A DNA stretch of 61,171 bases, taken from assembly GCF_001194135.2 (NCBI RefSeq), contig NC_068990.1, positions 87,552,591-87,613,761 of the forward strand, written 5' to 3'. The DNA is from Octopus bimaculoides (Eukaryota). Below the pieces are notes generated by a model. That model searched no databases. It was not told the DNA's origin and saw nothing but the letters and a program-made list of their open reading frames with translations. The position numbers and the translations under genes were made by a program. Shown one piece after another: positions 25,405-38,574 of the stretch; within the stretch, counting starts at the first letter, position 1; every line of letters begins with the position of its first letter.

Positions 25405-25547
25405 CATAGCCATCATTATTATCATTATCCTCATCACCATTATTATCTTTTTCCTCATCGTCATCACAATTTTCATCATTATTATTATCTTCTTCATCAT
25501 TTTCATTGCCGTCGTCGCAGTCGCCTTCATCGTCGCCGTCTTCATCG

Positions 25548-25584
<37 letters not shown>

Positions 25585-26150
25585 TATCATCGCTACCATT
25601 CTCACTATTACAAACGTTGTCCTTACCACCACCTCTGCCATCATCATCAAAATTCTTTGCCAAATCGCCAATCTCACCATTCGTTGTTAGTACAACAGCA
25701 CAGCCGTTCTATAAATGTATTGAAATTATTTTCTGTCTCTCCTCCCTTTCCCTCACCCCAATCTCTCTCTCTCTTTTTCTCCTCTCTTTCTCTCCCTCCC
25801 ACCTTTTCTTTCTTTCTAATTTTAAATTGATTTCTGTTTCTTTCTGTTTCTCATTCTTGTTCGAACATGGTTTTACTCTCAATTTATCTTCTGAAATTTC
25901 TATCTCTCTTTTATCTCTCTGCCTGTCTCTTTATCTCTCTTTATCTTTTTATATGTATGCCTCCTCCCACATTGTCTCTTATTTCTCCTCTCTCTCTCTC
26001 ACTATATCATTCCACTCGCCATTTGTACGACTGTCTATCTTTACCCCTCTACTTTCTCCTGTTCTCATTATCTCACTTCCTTATCTCGCAGCCACTTTCA
26101 TTCAATCTCTCCTTTTCCTTTCTCCTCATCTCAAGTCCATTCTTCATTGA
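25405..26150. repeat. (CAT)n-derived cryptic trinucleotide repeat followed by a CT-rich low-complexity tract
   Basis: Directly visible. It explains the poly-D, poly-S and poly-M ORFs. Confidence 0.85.
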
Positions 26151-26375
26151 AATAAATGCTAGACTTTGAACCAGTCACAATATCCTGCTGATTTTAAGAA
26201 TTTCTCTTCGTTTTCGTAACTTTTATTCGTTTAATCTATCAAAACTCGAAGTTGACTTTGCTCTTCATCCTTCTTAGATCGATAAATTATAGAACTAGTC
26301 AGGTAACGAGTTACGTTTAATCGAATCTTTCATCCTCAATACGTATGTAGTGTGTTAGGTGTTAGAAACCCTTAA

Positions 26376-26570
26376 TTAGTTAGAACAAAGGTGACAATTG
26401 TCAGAGTGATACATGACTTAACATTGTCAAACATGGCTATTTCAGTTCCACGTCTTGTTATTGAACTGTATGATGGAATGATTGATTCTGCAAAGCAAAA
26501 GCTTCCAATTCTGTGCAATTTGATTGATTATTCTTCTGTTTATCCTTTATCCGCCTTAACTCCACCACCT
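26376..26570 (+). mobile_element. Possible LTR-retrotransposon RT fragment
   Basis: KVTIVRVIHDLTLSNMAISVPR...NLIDYSSVY loosely resembles Gypsy RT motifs (VRVCVDLT.LN.A, LD.SS.Y). Confidence 0.25.
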
Positions 26571-26671
26571 GGTCCTTGAGCGCATTTGGCGGAATTCATT
26601 TCGTTACAAACTTTCAGACCAGATTTCTGGTCAAAGGAGAACTTCCGCTCTTCCTTCCGTTAGTTATAGAA

Positions 26672-26746
26672 CTCAGAACGTAAGGACGGACGAACTACCG
26701 CAACGCATTTCGTCCGGCGTGCTAACGTTTCTGCCAGCTCGCCGCC
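26672..26746 (-). mobile_element. SINE family A head only, flanked by a 19-bp direct repeat
   Basis: Direct repeats CCTTCCGT(T/C)AGTTATAGAA at 26653-26671 and 26745-26763. Confidence 0.85.
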
Positions 26747-27461
26747 TTCCGTCAGTTATAGAAGCCCTGAAGATAGTTATGGTAGTTGCCCTTTCACCTC
26801 TGTCTAAACCAATAAATAAGTTAATACTCAATGTAAGGAATTAGGCAATAATAAAGAAAATAAGGCCTTATAACGTTGGGACAATATGTAAAAGTATTTT
26901 GACCACAGACTATTTACTTATAACTATATCATCATCAATTTGTGACTACTCTCAGCAGGCTGAAAATCATGAATCGTTATTTGTTATGTCCTTATACATT
27001 TATTGCGTTTTAAATCAGTCCATTTCTTTATATTCTCTATGCACGCAATTCTTGGTTTTTTCCTTTTCCACTTTTCTCATTCATTTTTGTCTGCTAGGTA
27101 AATAGATTTTATTAGCAAATACTTTTCTACGCATATAGTTATTTGTTTATTGTGGAATCGATCTAATTCACTATATCTACTTTTAAATGTTGTAGTCTTG
27201 TGTGTATATCATAAATCATTATTCTAGTACTTGAGTAGATGTTAGAGAACACCCAACCCCGTATTTAGTTACTCCCCTTCACTATTTGCTTCAAAATTCG
27301 GGCAAAGTCAGCCCTACCGTACATCTTCCGAAGATCAGTTAAATTCTAGGGTCACTATAATCGATTACATCCATCACTTGCATAGTTGTATGATTTGTTT
27401 CCAATGGTGGAAAATAAATGTTTCTTTTTGTTTAGCATTTCGTACAGCCATGTTGTTGTTG

Positions 27462-27493
<32 letters not shown>

Positions 27494-27555
27494 ATTGGTG
27501 GTGGTGGTAGTGCTTATGTTGTTGTGCTTATGTTGTCATTGTTATTGTTATTACT

Positions 27556-27760
27556 AAGGCAGCAAGCAGTCAGAATCGTTAGCGAATCGGACAAAATGTT
27601 TAGCGGCATTTTTTCTCGGCCCTTTGAGTTCTGAGTTCAAATTCTGCAGATCGACTTTGCCTTTAACCCTTTCGGAAGTCTATAAAATAAGTATCCGTCA
27701 AGTACTGGGTCTTAGTCATCGACTTCTCTCTCTCCTCTCAAAATTGCTGGTTTTATGCCG
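27556..27760 (+). mobile_element. SINE family A, diverged copy
   Basis: Head AAGGCAGC..CAGAATCGTTAGC, then CTGAGTTCAAATTC and GTCGACTTTGCCTTT-like motifs. Confidence 0.8.
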
Positions 27761-28435
27761 TTGCTGTTGTTGTTATTATTATTATTGCTAACGTTACTTT
27801 ATTATCAATATTGTTGTTGCCGGTAGTGCTGCTGCATACACTGCTGCTGTTGGTTCATTTGCTATTGTTGCCGTTATCATTTCTTACTGCCGTTGTAACA
27901 GTGGTGGTTGTTGTTGCTTAGTGTTGGTTCAACAACTGTCATATTTTGCTTAAAAACCCAACTATGCTGGTATGTAAGACAACGATGAGCATTAGACAAC
28001 CCTTTATGCTAGAATGTAGATCTTAAGCTAAACCTGCTGTGCAAGCCGACGTCCCATCGCAAAAAGAATTGTACTAGAGATCAAAGTTCTATTTATGGTT
28101 TAACATCACTAAAAAATAATGAGGAGATATTGTTAATTACCTACCTCAATCTCTAATACATCATGAGTTGGAAGCTACAAGTACTCCGAAAGACTTCTCT
28201 CCACCAACTAAGCCACTTATTCTACCGACCTCGGATTTGATCATTCAATGGTTTGTTGAAGCGCACATGTAGTTATCTTCATATAGAGAAGAAATACTTT
28301 GCGCTCAATAACTGAGCTAAGCCGAATCCGTACTGTTTACGCTAAACTTCGTTCCAGTATAAAAAGTGCATCTGCAGGGCATTAATTGTTTCATTAGAAT
28401 TTCAATGAAAACTAAGTTGATTATTGCTTGATATA

Positions 28436-28640
28436 CGAGAGGGTGCTGAAAAGTTCCTGGCTTTACGAGCATTGCGAAAGGCCTGGTTGTAGGCACAACC
28501 CTCCGAGTTCTTTGACAGAGCTTAGCAAAACTGAAGGACCACTGCAGTAAGTGTGTGAATCTGAGAGGGAAATATATTAAATACAATCATAATTAACTGA
28601 TCGTCCTGTAGTTTCTTTTACCCGAAACCAGGGACTTTTC
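28436..28640 (+). mobile_element. Non-autonomous mariner element (internal deletion derivative)
   Basis: TA followed by TIR CGAGAGGGTGCTGAAAAGTTCCTGGCTT. Transposase C-terminal remnant EFFDR.LAKLKDHCSKCVNLRGKYIK. Partial right TIR AAACCAGGGACTTTTC. Confidence 0.8.
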
Positions 28641-28869
28641 ATAATAAATCCAATGCAATTTATAATTTCAAAGAAAATTTTCAAAATCAAAATAAAAGCC
28701 ATGTTCATCACCTAATCACCTAAATTTATTAGAAGCAATTAGCGTTTAGTTTAAATTCCAATTGAGCTGACATGGCTTCAACTTCTGTCTCTTGTTTATC
28801 TTACCACAAGTGATCATATTCCACACCATCCAATGAATTTGATACGTCACATTTCTTGAAACACTTTAT

Positions 28870-29050
28870 TACTGTATCCATATGATTCTACGCTTTTACG
28901 AAGAAGTTACCCAAGGCATTCAACTTTGGATCTCTCATGCTGCCACATTTTGTGAATGACTTGCCACCTCTGACCGGCATTTTGTTCTAATACCATCTTC
29001 AAAGATCTTATCAAAATATGCATCCAAGAATTGTACCAATAATGTCAATT
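28870..29050 (+). mobile_element. Gypsy RT remnant, probably the same element as 29655-30630
   Basis: LYP...HSTLDLS resembles YPLP...FSTLDLS. Same strand and the expected domain order upstream of RNase H and integrase. Confidence 0.4.
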
Positions 29051-29654
29051 TTCAAGGAATAGCTGCCATGTTATTACGCACATTGTTGTATCTAATTACC
29101 AAATAAGTGTTAAAGTTGAAATTTTCCTATTTCAGTGTTGCTGCAACAAATTGTATGAAACTACCATTTCTAACTTGAATTATCATTCATCATAATCAAT
29201 AGTCTAATTTTTATACTATTATTCTTTGTAATTTCCATCTCATCGATATTTATAATTTCATCTTTATTATTATCATTATTATTTAAACTTGTGTTATTTC
29301 ATTTTCAACCAGTTATCATTGCTGAAGATATTTTCGACCGATTATTTGTTTCTTTGTCATATTTTCTTGTCGGTTTCCTCATCATAATATTACAAAATCT
29401 ACCCTATCTCTCTAAATGATATCGGACCTATACACGCCGTCAATAGTAAGTTAAATTCACAAAACACAAACTGAAAATAAGTTTTATTGATTTCAAAAAA
29501 GTATTATTAGTTTACAGTATAGCTTAAATAGGTTGGTTGCTCGCGCCCCTATTTCTCTGGCTAACACCCCTATTTCCATCAATTCAGTAAATTGAAAGAG
29601 AAATGCATATTTTCACCATATAAAAATGTAATACTACTGACGTCTCAATGACTG

Positions 29655-30630
29655 TGAAATTGGGCGTCATACAAATATACAGCACACTACAAAGTTTCGA
29701 GGCTACACAAAATTTCTGATGCGTCATCAATGTTTCTGATCAAACCTGATTATGATTTTCACGAAAGTCATTAAATTCATATTCTATCTGGACTCGAAAT
29801 ACATGAAATTATTGATAATAGTCCCGCCCGATGGAATGTTGATTACCACCAAATAAAGTAAATCAGCCAAATAGTCTGATAGCTATACATTATTCGAATT
29901 TAACCTCATCGAAAATGGTTGACCGGGAAACCTAAATGTTGAAAGTAAATAACTAACAGAATATTGGATAAAACGTGGTTCAATTAATTACTTTGAGAAT
30001 TTAATTTTGCTGTCCAATTTTCTTTGAGTAATTATTCCTGCAGTCACTGGATCATGACCCGAATAAAACAAATTAAATCTTGTGGACGAAAATTCAATCC
30101 AGTGTAGATGCGATAATGAAATCATACCGTAACGTGTTAGTTTGCTGGAAATGTACCTGATAATAAATGCTCGAATACGTGTGCTGCATGAGGATGAATT
30201 CAGCTACATTGAACCAGTTTATGATGAAATATGGCTCCTGTCATTGATTCGTCCAAAAGGTATTCACATATAGTACGGGTAACAACAACAACCACTATTG
30301 AAACATTTACAACACTGTAAACATTTCGTCATTGAAGATCTACCCAAGAAGATCTACCAAGGTCATATACCCACAATGTAACTCAATTTGCTCCATCTCA
30401 ATATAAACAACTTCCCAATCAATGGTTGCCAAAATATGGCGGCGTCTGCTTTTCATCTAGCTTCAAACGGTGAAGTAGAGTGCTTTGTTCAAATGTTTGA
30501 AAAGTATGCTATAATATTATTCATTGCAAAAAGGACAATTTTTCTTCTGTTTTGATATTTTCCATTACATCACGTACAGGATTTTTAAAAAATCTCTGGT
30601 ATAAGGGCTGCAAGACCGAGATCTGTGAAT
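29655..30630 (+). mobile_element. Gypsy/Ty3 pol remnant (RNase H end and integrase)
   Basis: Motifs occur in the expected order: WA..KYT..Y..SDA, IENG*P, *VIIPA, H.IMTRIKQ, LH.D..WL..VIDS, THNVTQF, FHLASNGEVECFVQMFEK (cf. YHPASNG.AERFVQT.K). Many stops and frameshifts. Confidence 0.85.
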
Positions 30631-31352
30631 ATTTTGTCATTTTTATTGTCAAACCATAATAAAATGAAGGGAAAACAAACAAACTGTCACACTGGCTGAT
30701 CAGTATTTTTCAGAGACTATTGAGACAAAATTAAATGGTGTTTGCTGCCAATTAAGAAGAAACAATGTAACAATGGTTTATTTGATTGAAACAGATAAGG
30801 GTTAATGAAAAAGGCTTCGAAACTCAGATTCATTTTCGCGACTGTCCTGTACCATGGCCGACTAGACACACAGTAGAGGAATCTGGTCATTGGTTGTTGC
30901 ACTAAATCTGTTCGCTACCAGCGCCAGTGCCATTGGTCGGCTGTTAGCTACAATCATTTCCACGATTCTCCCATCAAGCACTATAAATGTGCCAATTCAG
31001 CAGTTAGTGAGGAACACCGATGCAATACGCACCATCATCAATCAAACAATGTAGTTTTTTAAAATTCATTATGTTAAATTATGCGTTAAAATTTTACAGT
31101 ATTCATTATATTATACATTATTTTTTCGTTGTATGTCGATCATTATATATTGTTATCACAATGATATTGGAAGCAGACGTTCATTTATTCGATAATTTAA
31201 GTATTGTTATCTTTCAATTTGGTAATTATTTATTATCAACGTCACAAAGTGTCGAACTGAGTACTGTAATAGTTTATAAAATACAATTTATCTTCGTTCT
31301 CCCCACATACGTATATGTGCGAGCATATATACAAATATATATGTGCACACAG

Positions 31353-31399
<47 letters not shown>

Positions 31400-31431
31400 G
31401 TGTTGTATATATTTTACGTGTATCTGTTTGC

Positions 31432-31972
31432 ATATTGGTTTCAAATTTTGGCACAACGCAAGTAATTTTGGAGTCGATCACTTCGAGCCCAGTGATCAAC
31501 TGGTACTTNNNNNNNNNNNNNNNNNNNNNNNNNNNNNNNNNNNNNNNNNNNNNNNNNNNNNNNNNNNNNNNNNNNNNNNNNNNNNNNNNNNNNNNNNNNN
31601 NNNNNNNNNNNNNNNNNNNNNNNNNNNNNNNNNNNNNNNNNNNNNNNNNNNNNNNNNNNNNNNNNNNNNNNNNNNNNNNNNNNNNNNNNNNNNNNNNNNN
31701 NNNNNNNNNNNNNNNNNNNNNNNNNNNNNNNNNNNNNNNNNNNNNNNNNNNNNNNNNNNNNNNNNNNNNNNNNNNNNNNNNNNNNNNNNNNNNNNNNNNN
31801 NNNNNNNNNNNNNNNNNNNNNNNNNNNNNNNNNNNNNNNNNNNNNNNNNNNNNNNNNNNNNNNNNNNNTGAAAGGCAAAGTCGACCTCGGCGGAATTTGA
31901 ACTCAGAACATAAAGACAGACGAAATACCGCTAAGCATTTCGCCCAACGTGCTAACGTTTCTGCCAGCTCAC
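31432..31972 (-). mobile_element. SINE family A split by an assembly gap
   Basis: Tail at 31432-31508 and head at 31869-31972, in the same orientation. Confidence 0.8.
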
Positions 31973-32399
31973 CAAATGCCGCATTGCTAGATAATCCTCT
32001 TTACATAAGTCTGGAGAACTAGCGTAATTTATGCATCAGTATAACGTGTTTCTTTCCTAGCTGTTACATTTCAAGTTTGAATAGTGACCTGTGGGGAAAT
32101 TACTTCGATTTGAACCCTGAACACATTATAACTATAACTTATAGCGATGTAGGTGTTGAAAGTTAGATTTTATTACAATATCCACATTTCATAACCGCAA
32201 TGTAAGCTGAACCCTATTTGGGAAACACAATGTTTTTTAAGTTAAACTGTTGCGTTATCCGCTAATATCCCTCCCAATGTGTTCTTCCTTTTTTCAAGAC
32301 GAAATAGTACGATTTGAGGAAGATTTGGCTGTTATTTCTAGCCAGTCGAATGACCCACTCCCTGACTCTCCCTCCTGTCTCTAACAGTCTGATTGGCTC

Positions 32400-33473
<1,074 letters not shown>

Positions 33474-33978
33474 TATAACAATACTGAATGGTTCAGTACA
33501 GTACATTCGAGTACATCACAGTATAAAGTAATACATTACAGTCTAATAAAGTGAAATAGAGTACAGCACAATACAGTACGGCACATTATAGCAAACCACA
33601 ATACAACACAGTACAGTAGACTGCACAATAGTTAAGTATGGTATGGAAGAGTACCCTGTGTTATAGTACTTTTAAATACGGTACAGTAATGTTCAGTATA
33701 TTAGAGTACGATGCAATAGAGTAGAAAATTCTACATCATTGTATATTACAATAATATGTGTACTATACAGTGTAGAAGACTACTGTACGGTACGGCGGTG
33801 TGCAACGCAGTACAGTTCAGTCAAATACACTTTAAGGCAGCACATTACATTGTTGTCCAGTCCAATACACTACATTATATTTTAGTACAGTATTGTACTG
33901 TAGAGTAAAGAACGCTGTACTCTACAGTACAGTACTGTAGAGTATAGAACACTATACTAAAGTGTATTATAGGAGAGT

Positions 33979-34446
33979 AAGGCGATGTGTTGGCATGATC
34001 ATTAGCTCGCCGGACAAAACGATTAGCGACAGTTCGTCCGTTTTAACGTTCTAAGTTCAAATTCCATCAAGGTTGACTTTGCCTTCCATTCTTTCGGGGT
34101 CGATAAATTAAGTACCAGTTACGTACGGAAGTCGGTCTAATCGACTAGTCCCCCTCCCCGCAAAAATTTCGGGCCATGTGCCTAGAGTAGAAAAGTATAT
34201 TTTATTACAATACCGTATTCTAGAGTATAGAACATTAAACTAAAATGTATTATAGTAGAGTAAAGCGGCGTGTTGACAGAACCATTAACACGCCGGACAA
34301 AACGATTAGCGGCAGTTTGTCCGTTTTTACGTTCCACCGAGATCGATCTTGCCTTTCTGGCTTGATAAAATAAGTACCAGTTGAACACTGGGTTCGATGT
34401 AATCGGTTAGCTCCTTTCCGAAATTCCAGACCTTGGGCCTCCAGCA
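33979..34446 (+). mobile_element. Two tandem SINE family A copies (33979-34194, 34261-34446)
   Basis: Each is preceded by the same flank TAGAGTATAGAAC..TAAA.TGTATTATAG.AGAGTAA. Confidence 0.85.
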
Positions 34447-34684
34447 GTACATTACATTACACTTCACTGAAATAAAATGCATTATAGTGCAGTGATATGT
34501 AATACAATATAGTTCAATGCTATATGTTAATGTACAACACAATAATTACGGTGCGATACAGTAAGCCACATTATAATATACGATAGTAGAGTATATTTCT
34601 TTATAATACAATGCGTTTCCGTACAGTACACAATATTACTAGTGTAGTGTTGTACAGTACATCATAATCAATGTACACCACAAT

Positions 34685-34808
34685 ATTTTATCAAGCCCGA
34701 GAGGCAAGATCGATCTCAGAGTTATTTGGACTCAGAACGTAAAAACGGACAAACTGCCGCTAATCGTTTTGTCCGGTGTGCTAATGATTCTGTCAACACG
34801 CCGCTTTA
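34685..34808 (-). mobile_element. SINE family A, inverted duplicate of the 34261 copy
   Basis: Shares private variants and the upstream flank with the 34261 copy. Confidence 0.85.
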
Positions 34809-35499
34809 CTCTACTATAATATACTTTAGTTCTATATTCTACAGTACAGTACTGTACTAAAATGTACTTTTCTACCTCTTGGTACAAGGCCCGAAATATA
34901 CAATAGTGCAGAATAGAACAGTACAAGAAAAAGCAGTGCATTAAAATACAGCACTGCACAGTCGATTGTATTACACTACAATCGAATAAATCACAATATT
35001 ATAAACTACAGTTCCGCGTTCGTCTTCCATTGCATGTCCGATTTAGTTTTAAACAGATTTTAGTGTCAGTTCATAGGATTTATCTCCCTGAACTACTTTG
35101 TCTGGAATTAATCATTATTCTAATAATTTTTCTCCTCACTACCGATATAATTTTAGCTCATAATAGATTTCTGGGCTCATTACATCAAGTATGTTAACAC
35201 CGAGATAACAAATTTTCCCCCGATTATTGTTTTAAGTTATGACGCGAGCAATGATTATTTCCTCGAACATGTCTTTCAAATACTGCAAAGAAGAAGATGC
35301 TCCGCCAATGAAGCTTACAGTTGCTACTGTATTCGACTACATGGTTACATATTTAACTATTGTACAAACAGTAAAGAACACTATAGTACACCTTTTATAT
35401 ATCTTTTATCCAGGACCTACACACTCATTAGTTTGGAACTGATCCCTTTCCCCGGGGCCTTTTGATGATTGAAATTATAGAAGTGCACAACCAGAACGA

Positions 35500-35685
35500 G
35501 TCACCCCTCCGTCGCAAGGGCAACTCACAGCAGATTGGGGGTGGAGGGGTATCGATTTTCAGCGGTGTGGACTAGAGCAACGTGAGATCACGTGCCTTAC
35601 TTAAATATGTAGCGAAAATCATGGTCCGGTAATCGAACCCAAGACCTTGCGATCAAGAGACCATCACCCAAAACACCAAGTGCAT
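35500..35685 (-). mobile_element. SINE family C, diverged
   Basis: GGACTAGAGCAACGTGAGAT...ATCGAACCCAAGACCTTGCGATC, similar to 5440-5550. Confidence 0.6.
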
Positions 35686-36102
35686 CACACTATTTTAATC
35701 ACCCTAAGTGAAAAACTTCATCCACCACGTGGTATAAACAGTACACCTGGCAATTAACTGTCGTTTGAGGAGTCATTTCAGGCAGATTCGGTTCACATTG
35801 AATATAACACGTGGTTTCTTCTGCCTGTTCGCTTTACCTATCTCTGAAACCTCGTAAAAGGCTGTGGACATTGTCCTTCATCTCAATAAGCCATACAACA
35901 AAATGATTTAAAAAATGACACAAATATAGCAAGCGTTTTCCATATACACACACACATGCATATGTGTGCGAGTGTGTGTGTATATATATAGATACATACA
36001 TATATACATATATATACGTATATATATGTATTTATATATGTATATATATGAATGTATATACATGTATATATATATGTGTGTGTGTATATATATATATATA
36101 TC

Positions 36103-36958
36103 AAAATGAAAAGAAAATGGAGATTTACGATTTCCTAACATCATATTATTATTATTATTATTATTATATAATATGATATAAATACGAATATTATGATCCT
36201 ACAAATTGTTTCGATTCAGACCCAATAATGAATTTATAAAAATTTCATGTTTATCGGTAAGAATCTCATCAGGGAAATATTTGACAAAAATTACATATGA
36301 GGATTGTTAGATCCTAGAACAGACTGAATGAAATATGCTTATGTTTGTAAGCGTGGGCGTCAATAATTTTAAAAAGTTTAAATATATATATATAATAAAA
36401 ATATATAATAAAAACAAAAAATTAAAATAAATAAGATAAATGAAAAATAATTAAAAACTAATATAATGGTCATAAAATATGTTTGTGCACTTTTAAGAAT
36501 ATTAATCTAAATATATTGCTGCGCAGTATTAAAAAAAAAAAGAAATAATATACTTAGAATTTATGGCATAGTAGGAAATATCTTCTTTTATTCTAACACA
36601 TCATTAGGAAAAATACACGCTATTCAGATAATTTATACAGAAAAATTCGTTAATCTCACTAGTATTATAAAATACATGTTATTCAGACAATTTATTCAGA
36701 AAAATTCGTTAATCTCACAATTATTTTAAAACAAAAACAACGCGCTATTAATATCATGGGTATATGAGTAAAAAGTAAAAAAAAAAAAATGTTAAACAAG
36801 TTGTAGGATTATAGTATTTGTATTTGCATTATATTATATTATATTATATTATATTATATTATCATAATAATAATAATATTATTATTATGATAATAATATA
36901 ATATGATGTTAATAAATTAAAATTCGTCAATCGTAAATCTCCATTTTCTTTTCATTTT
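36103..36958. repeat. AT-rich segment bounded by a perfect 30-bp inverted repeat
   Basis: AAAATGAAAAGAAAATGGAGATTTACGATT (36103-36132) and its reverse complement (36929-36958). Internal 40-bp tandem duplication near 36621 and 36680. Confidence 0.8.
36197..36275 (-). ncRNA. Minimal type-I hammerhead ribozyme motif
   Basis: Minus strand: stem I TCC/GGA; CTGATGA; stem II GATTC/GAATC; GAAA; near-palindromic stem III CAATTTG; GTA triplet. Confidence 0.6.
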
Positions 36959-37141
36959 TGTATATTTGATATATACCCATCTGAGCTGTGGAAAAGATTT
37001 TCTCTGCTATATTGGGTATTANNNNNNNNNNNNNNNNNNNNNNNNNNNNNNNNNNNNNNNNNNNNNNNNNNNNNNNNNNNNNNNNNNNNNNNNNNNNNNN
37101 NNNNNNNNNNNNNNNNNNNNNNNNNNNNNNNNNNNNNNNNN

Positions 37142-37188
<47 letters not shown>

Positions 37189-37629
37189 ATATATGTAAAT
37201 ATATATGTGTGTGTCTGTGTGAGTATGTATGTATATACACATATCTATACACTAGAAGTTATGAAAGTCAAGCACGTATATTAATATTTGTTTCACGATG
37301 GAATAAAGAAGGTTATTATATTTTTCCTATACAGTTTCAGTTATTTTGTCTTTCAGGAGAAAAAGGCAAAAGGAAAGAAAGAAAAGAAGAGACAGGAAAT
37401 GGAAGGAAAATAATCCGTGAAGCGGGGTTTACTTGTAGCTATTTTGTTGACAAGCTGTGAAGTGAATGGGGAAATACAAGAGGTATAGGGATGTGAGGGG
37501 TTCTTTTTTGTTGAGTCAAGGGAATGAGAGTAAAGGGAGATAATTTGTTAGAGAAGTCTATATCTTTATACGATGTATGTGCGCGTGCGTGCGCGTCTGT
37601 GTGCATGTCTGTATGTTATGTGCATACAC

Positions 37630-37705
37630 GTATGTGTTTATTCCAACTGCCCTCGGCCTCATCGTCCGTACACCTCGTTTCACCATCACTCAGTTCTGTT
37701 TCTTG
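37630..37705 (-). CDS. Candidate exon (QETELSDGETRCTDDEAEGSWNKHI)
   Basis: Strong acceptor tactttttctcattctcccAG, locally high GC and one open frame. The donor is uncertain (ends at 37684, 37674 or 37630). Confidence 0.22.
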
Positions 37706-37985
37706 CTGGGAGAATGAGAAAAAGTATCTTTTATCAATATATTTGATTGAAGCAATATGGCGTAATTGAGTGAATGAAATCACGTGTGTGAATGTGCGAG
37801 TCAGTATGTGAGTGTGTGAATGTGTACTGTTTGTGTATGTGTGAGTGTGTACGCTTGTGTACATGAGTGAATGAAGGAATGCATGAGTTAACGTACAACT
37901 GGATGCATGAATCTTTGAGTGAATCTGTGAATAACTGAATGTGTGGGAGTATTTGAATATGTGGGTATATGTGTGGTCGCGCGCC

Positions 37986-38019
<34 letters not shown>

Positions 38020-38430
38020 CGTGTCTGTTTGAATGAGCGTGTTTCTGTGAGTGAGCAAGTAAATGAGTGCATATGTGTTTGCGTAAGCGAGTGCAGACAT
38101 AACTATGAGACTAATAGTTTTTTCATGAATTTAGCAGGATATGACAATGAGTATGAGTTTAGACAAATGTATGAATAACACAAGATTTACATCAACAACC
38201 ACTGAGTACATTAAAAGAGTTCGAGACATTGAAAGCAAAAATTTAGACCAGAACTACCATCGTAAATACATAGGGACATATGAAGCTGATTAGTAGAGTA
38301 TTTCCAGGTGTATAGAGTTTATAAATAGAAGGCTGGTATATTTGAGTTACCTTTAATTTTTTTCAGTCTTTGGTTTGTTTCCGTGGATTTTAAAATATTT
38401 GGTAATACGGACGTCTATAGAAATCTATAT

Positions 38431-38538
38431 TCTTTTAGATTTTATAGATTTTTAAATTAGTATTTTGTAGAGTACGCTTTTCTGGATGGTGATTGGTCTC
38501 CTTCATTGTTTGAATTGTATATCGGTGGTTCTTCTCTG

Positions 38539-38545
<7 letters not shown>
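38431..38545 (-). repeat. Dispersed repeat, second copy of the 18172-18290 sequence
   Basis: GAGAAGAACCACC..CAAAC.ATGAAGGAG..CACCATC.AGAAAAGCGTACT.TACAAAATACTA is shared. Both copies abut (TA)n-rich tracts. Confidence 0.8.

Positions 38546-38574
<29 letters not shown>

Larger units (their letters stand above)
33475..35010. repeat. Degenerate pentamer (TACAG/AGTAC-type) satellite with embedded SINE copies
   Basis: Recurrent TACAG, AGTAC, TACTG and TATAG words at roughly 5-nt spacing. Confidence 0.65.

Noticed and set aside
25304-26150. Asp-rich, Ser-rich and Met-rich ORFs of 100-214 aa
   Set aside because: They are translations of (CAT)n and CT-rich simple repeats, open in several frames on both strands.
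31509-31868. Large insertion inside the SINE spanning this gap
   Set aside because: The gap length is only an assembly estimate, and the content cannot be seen.
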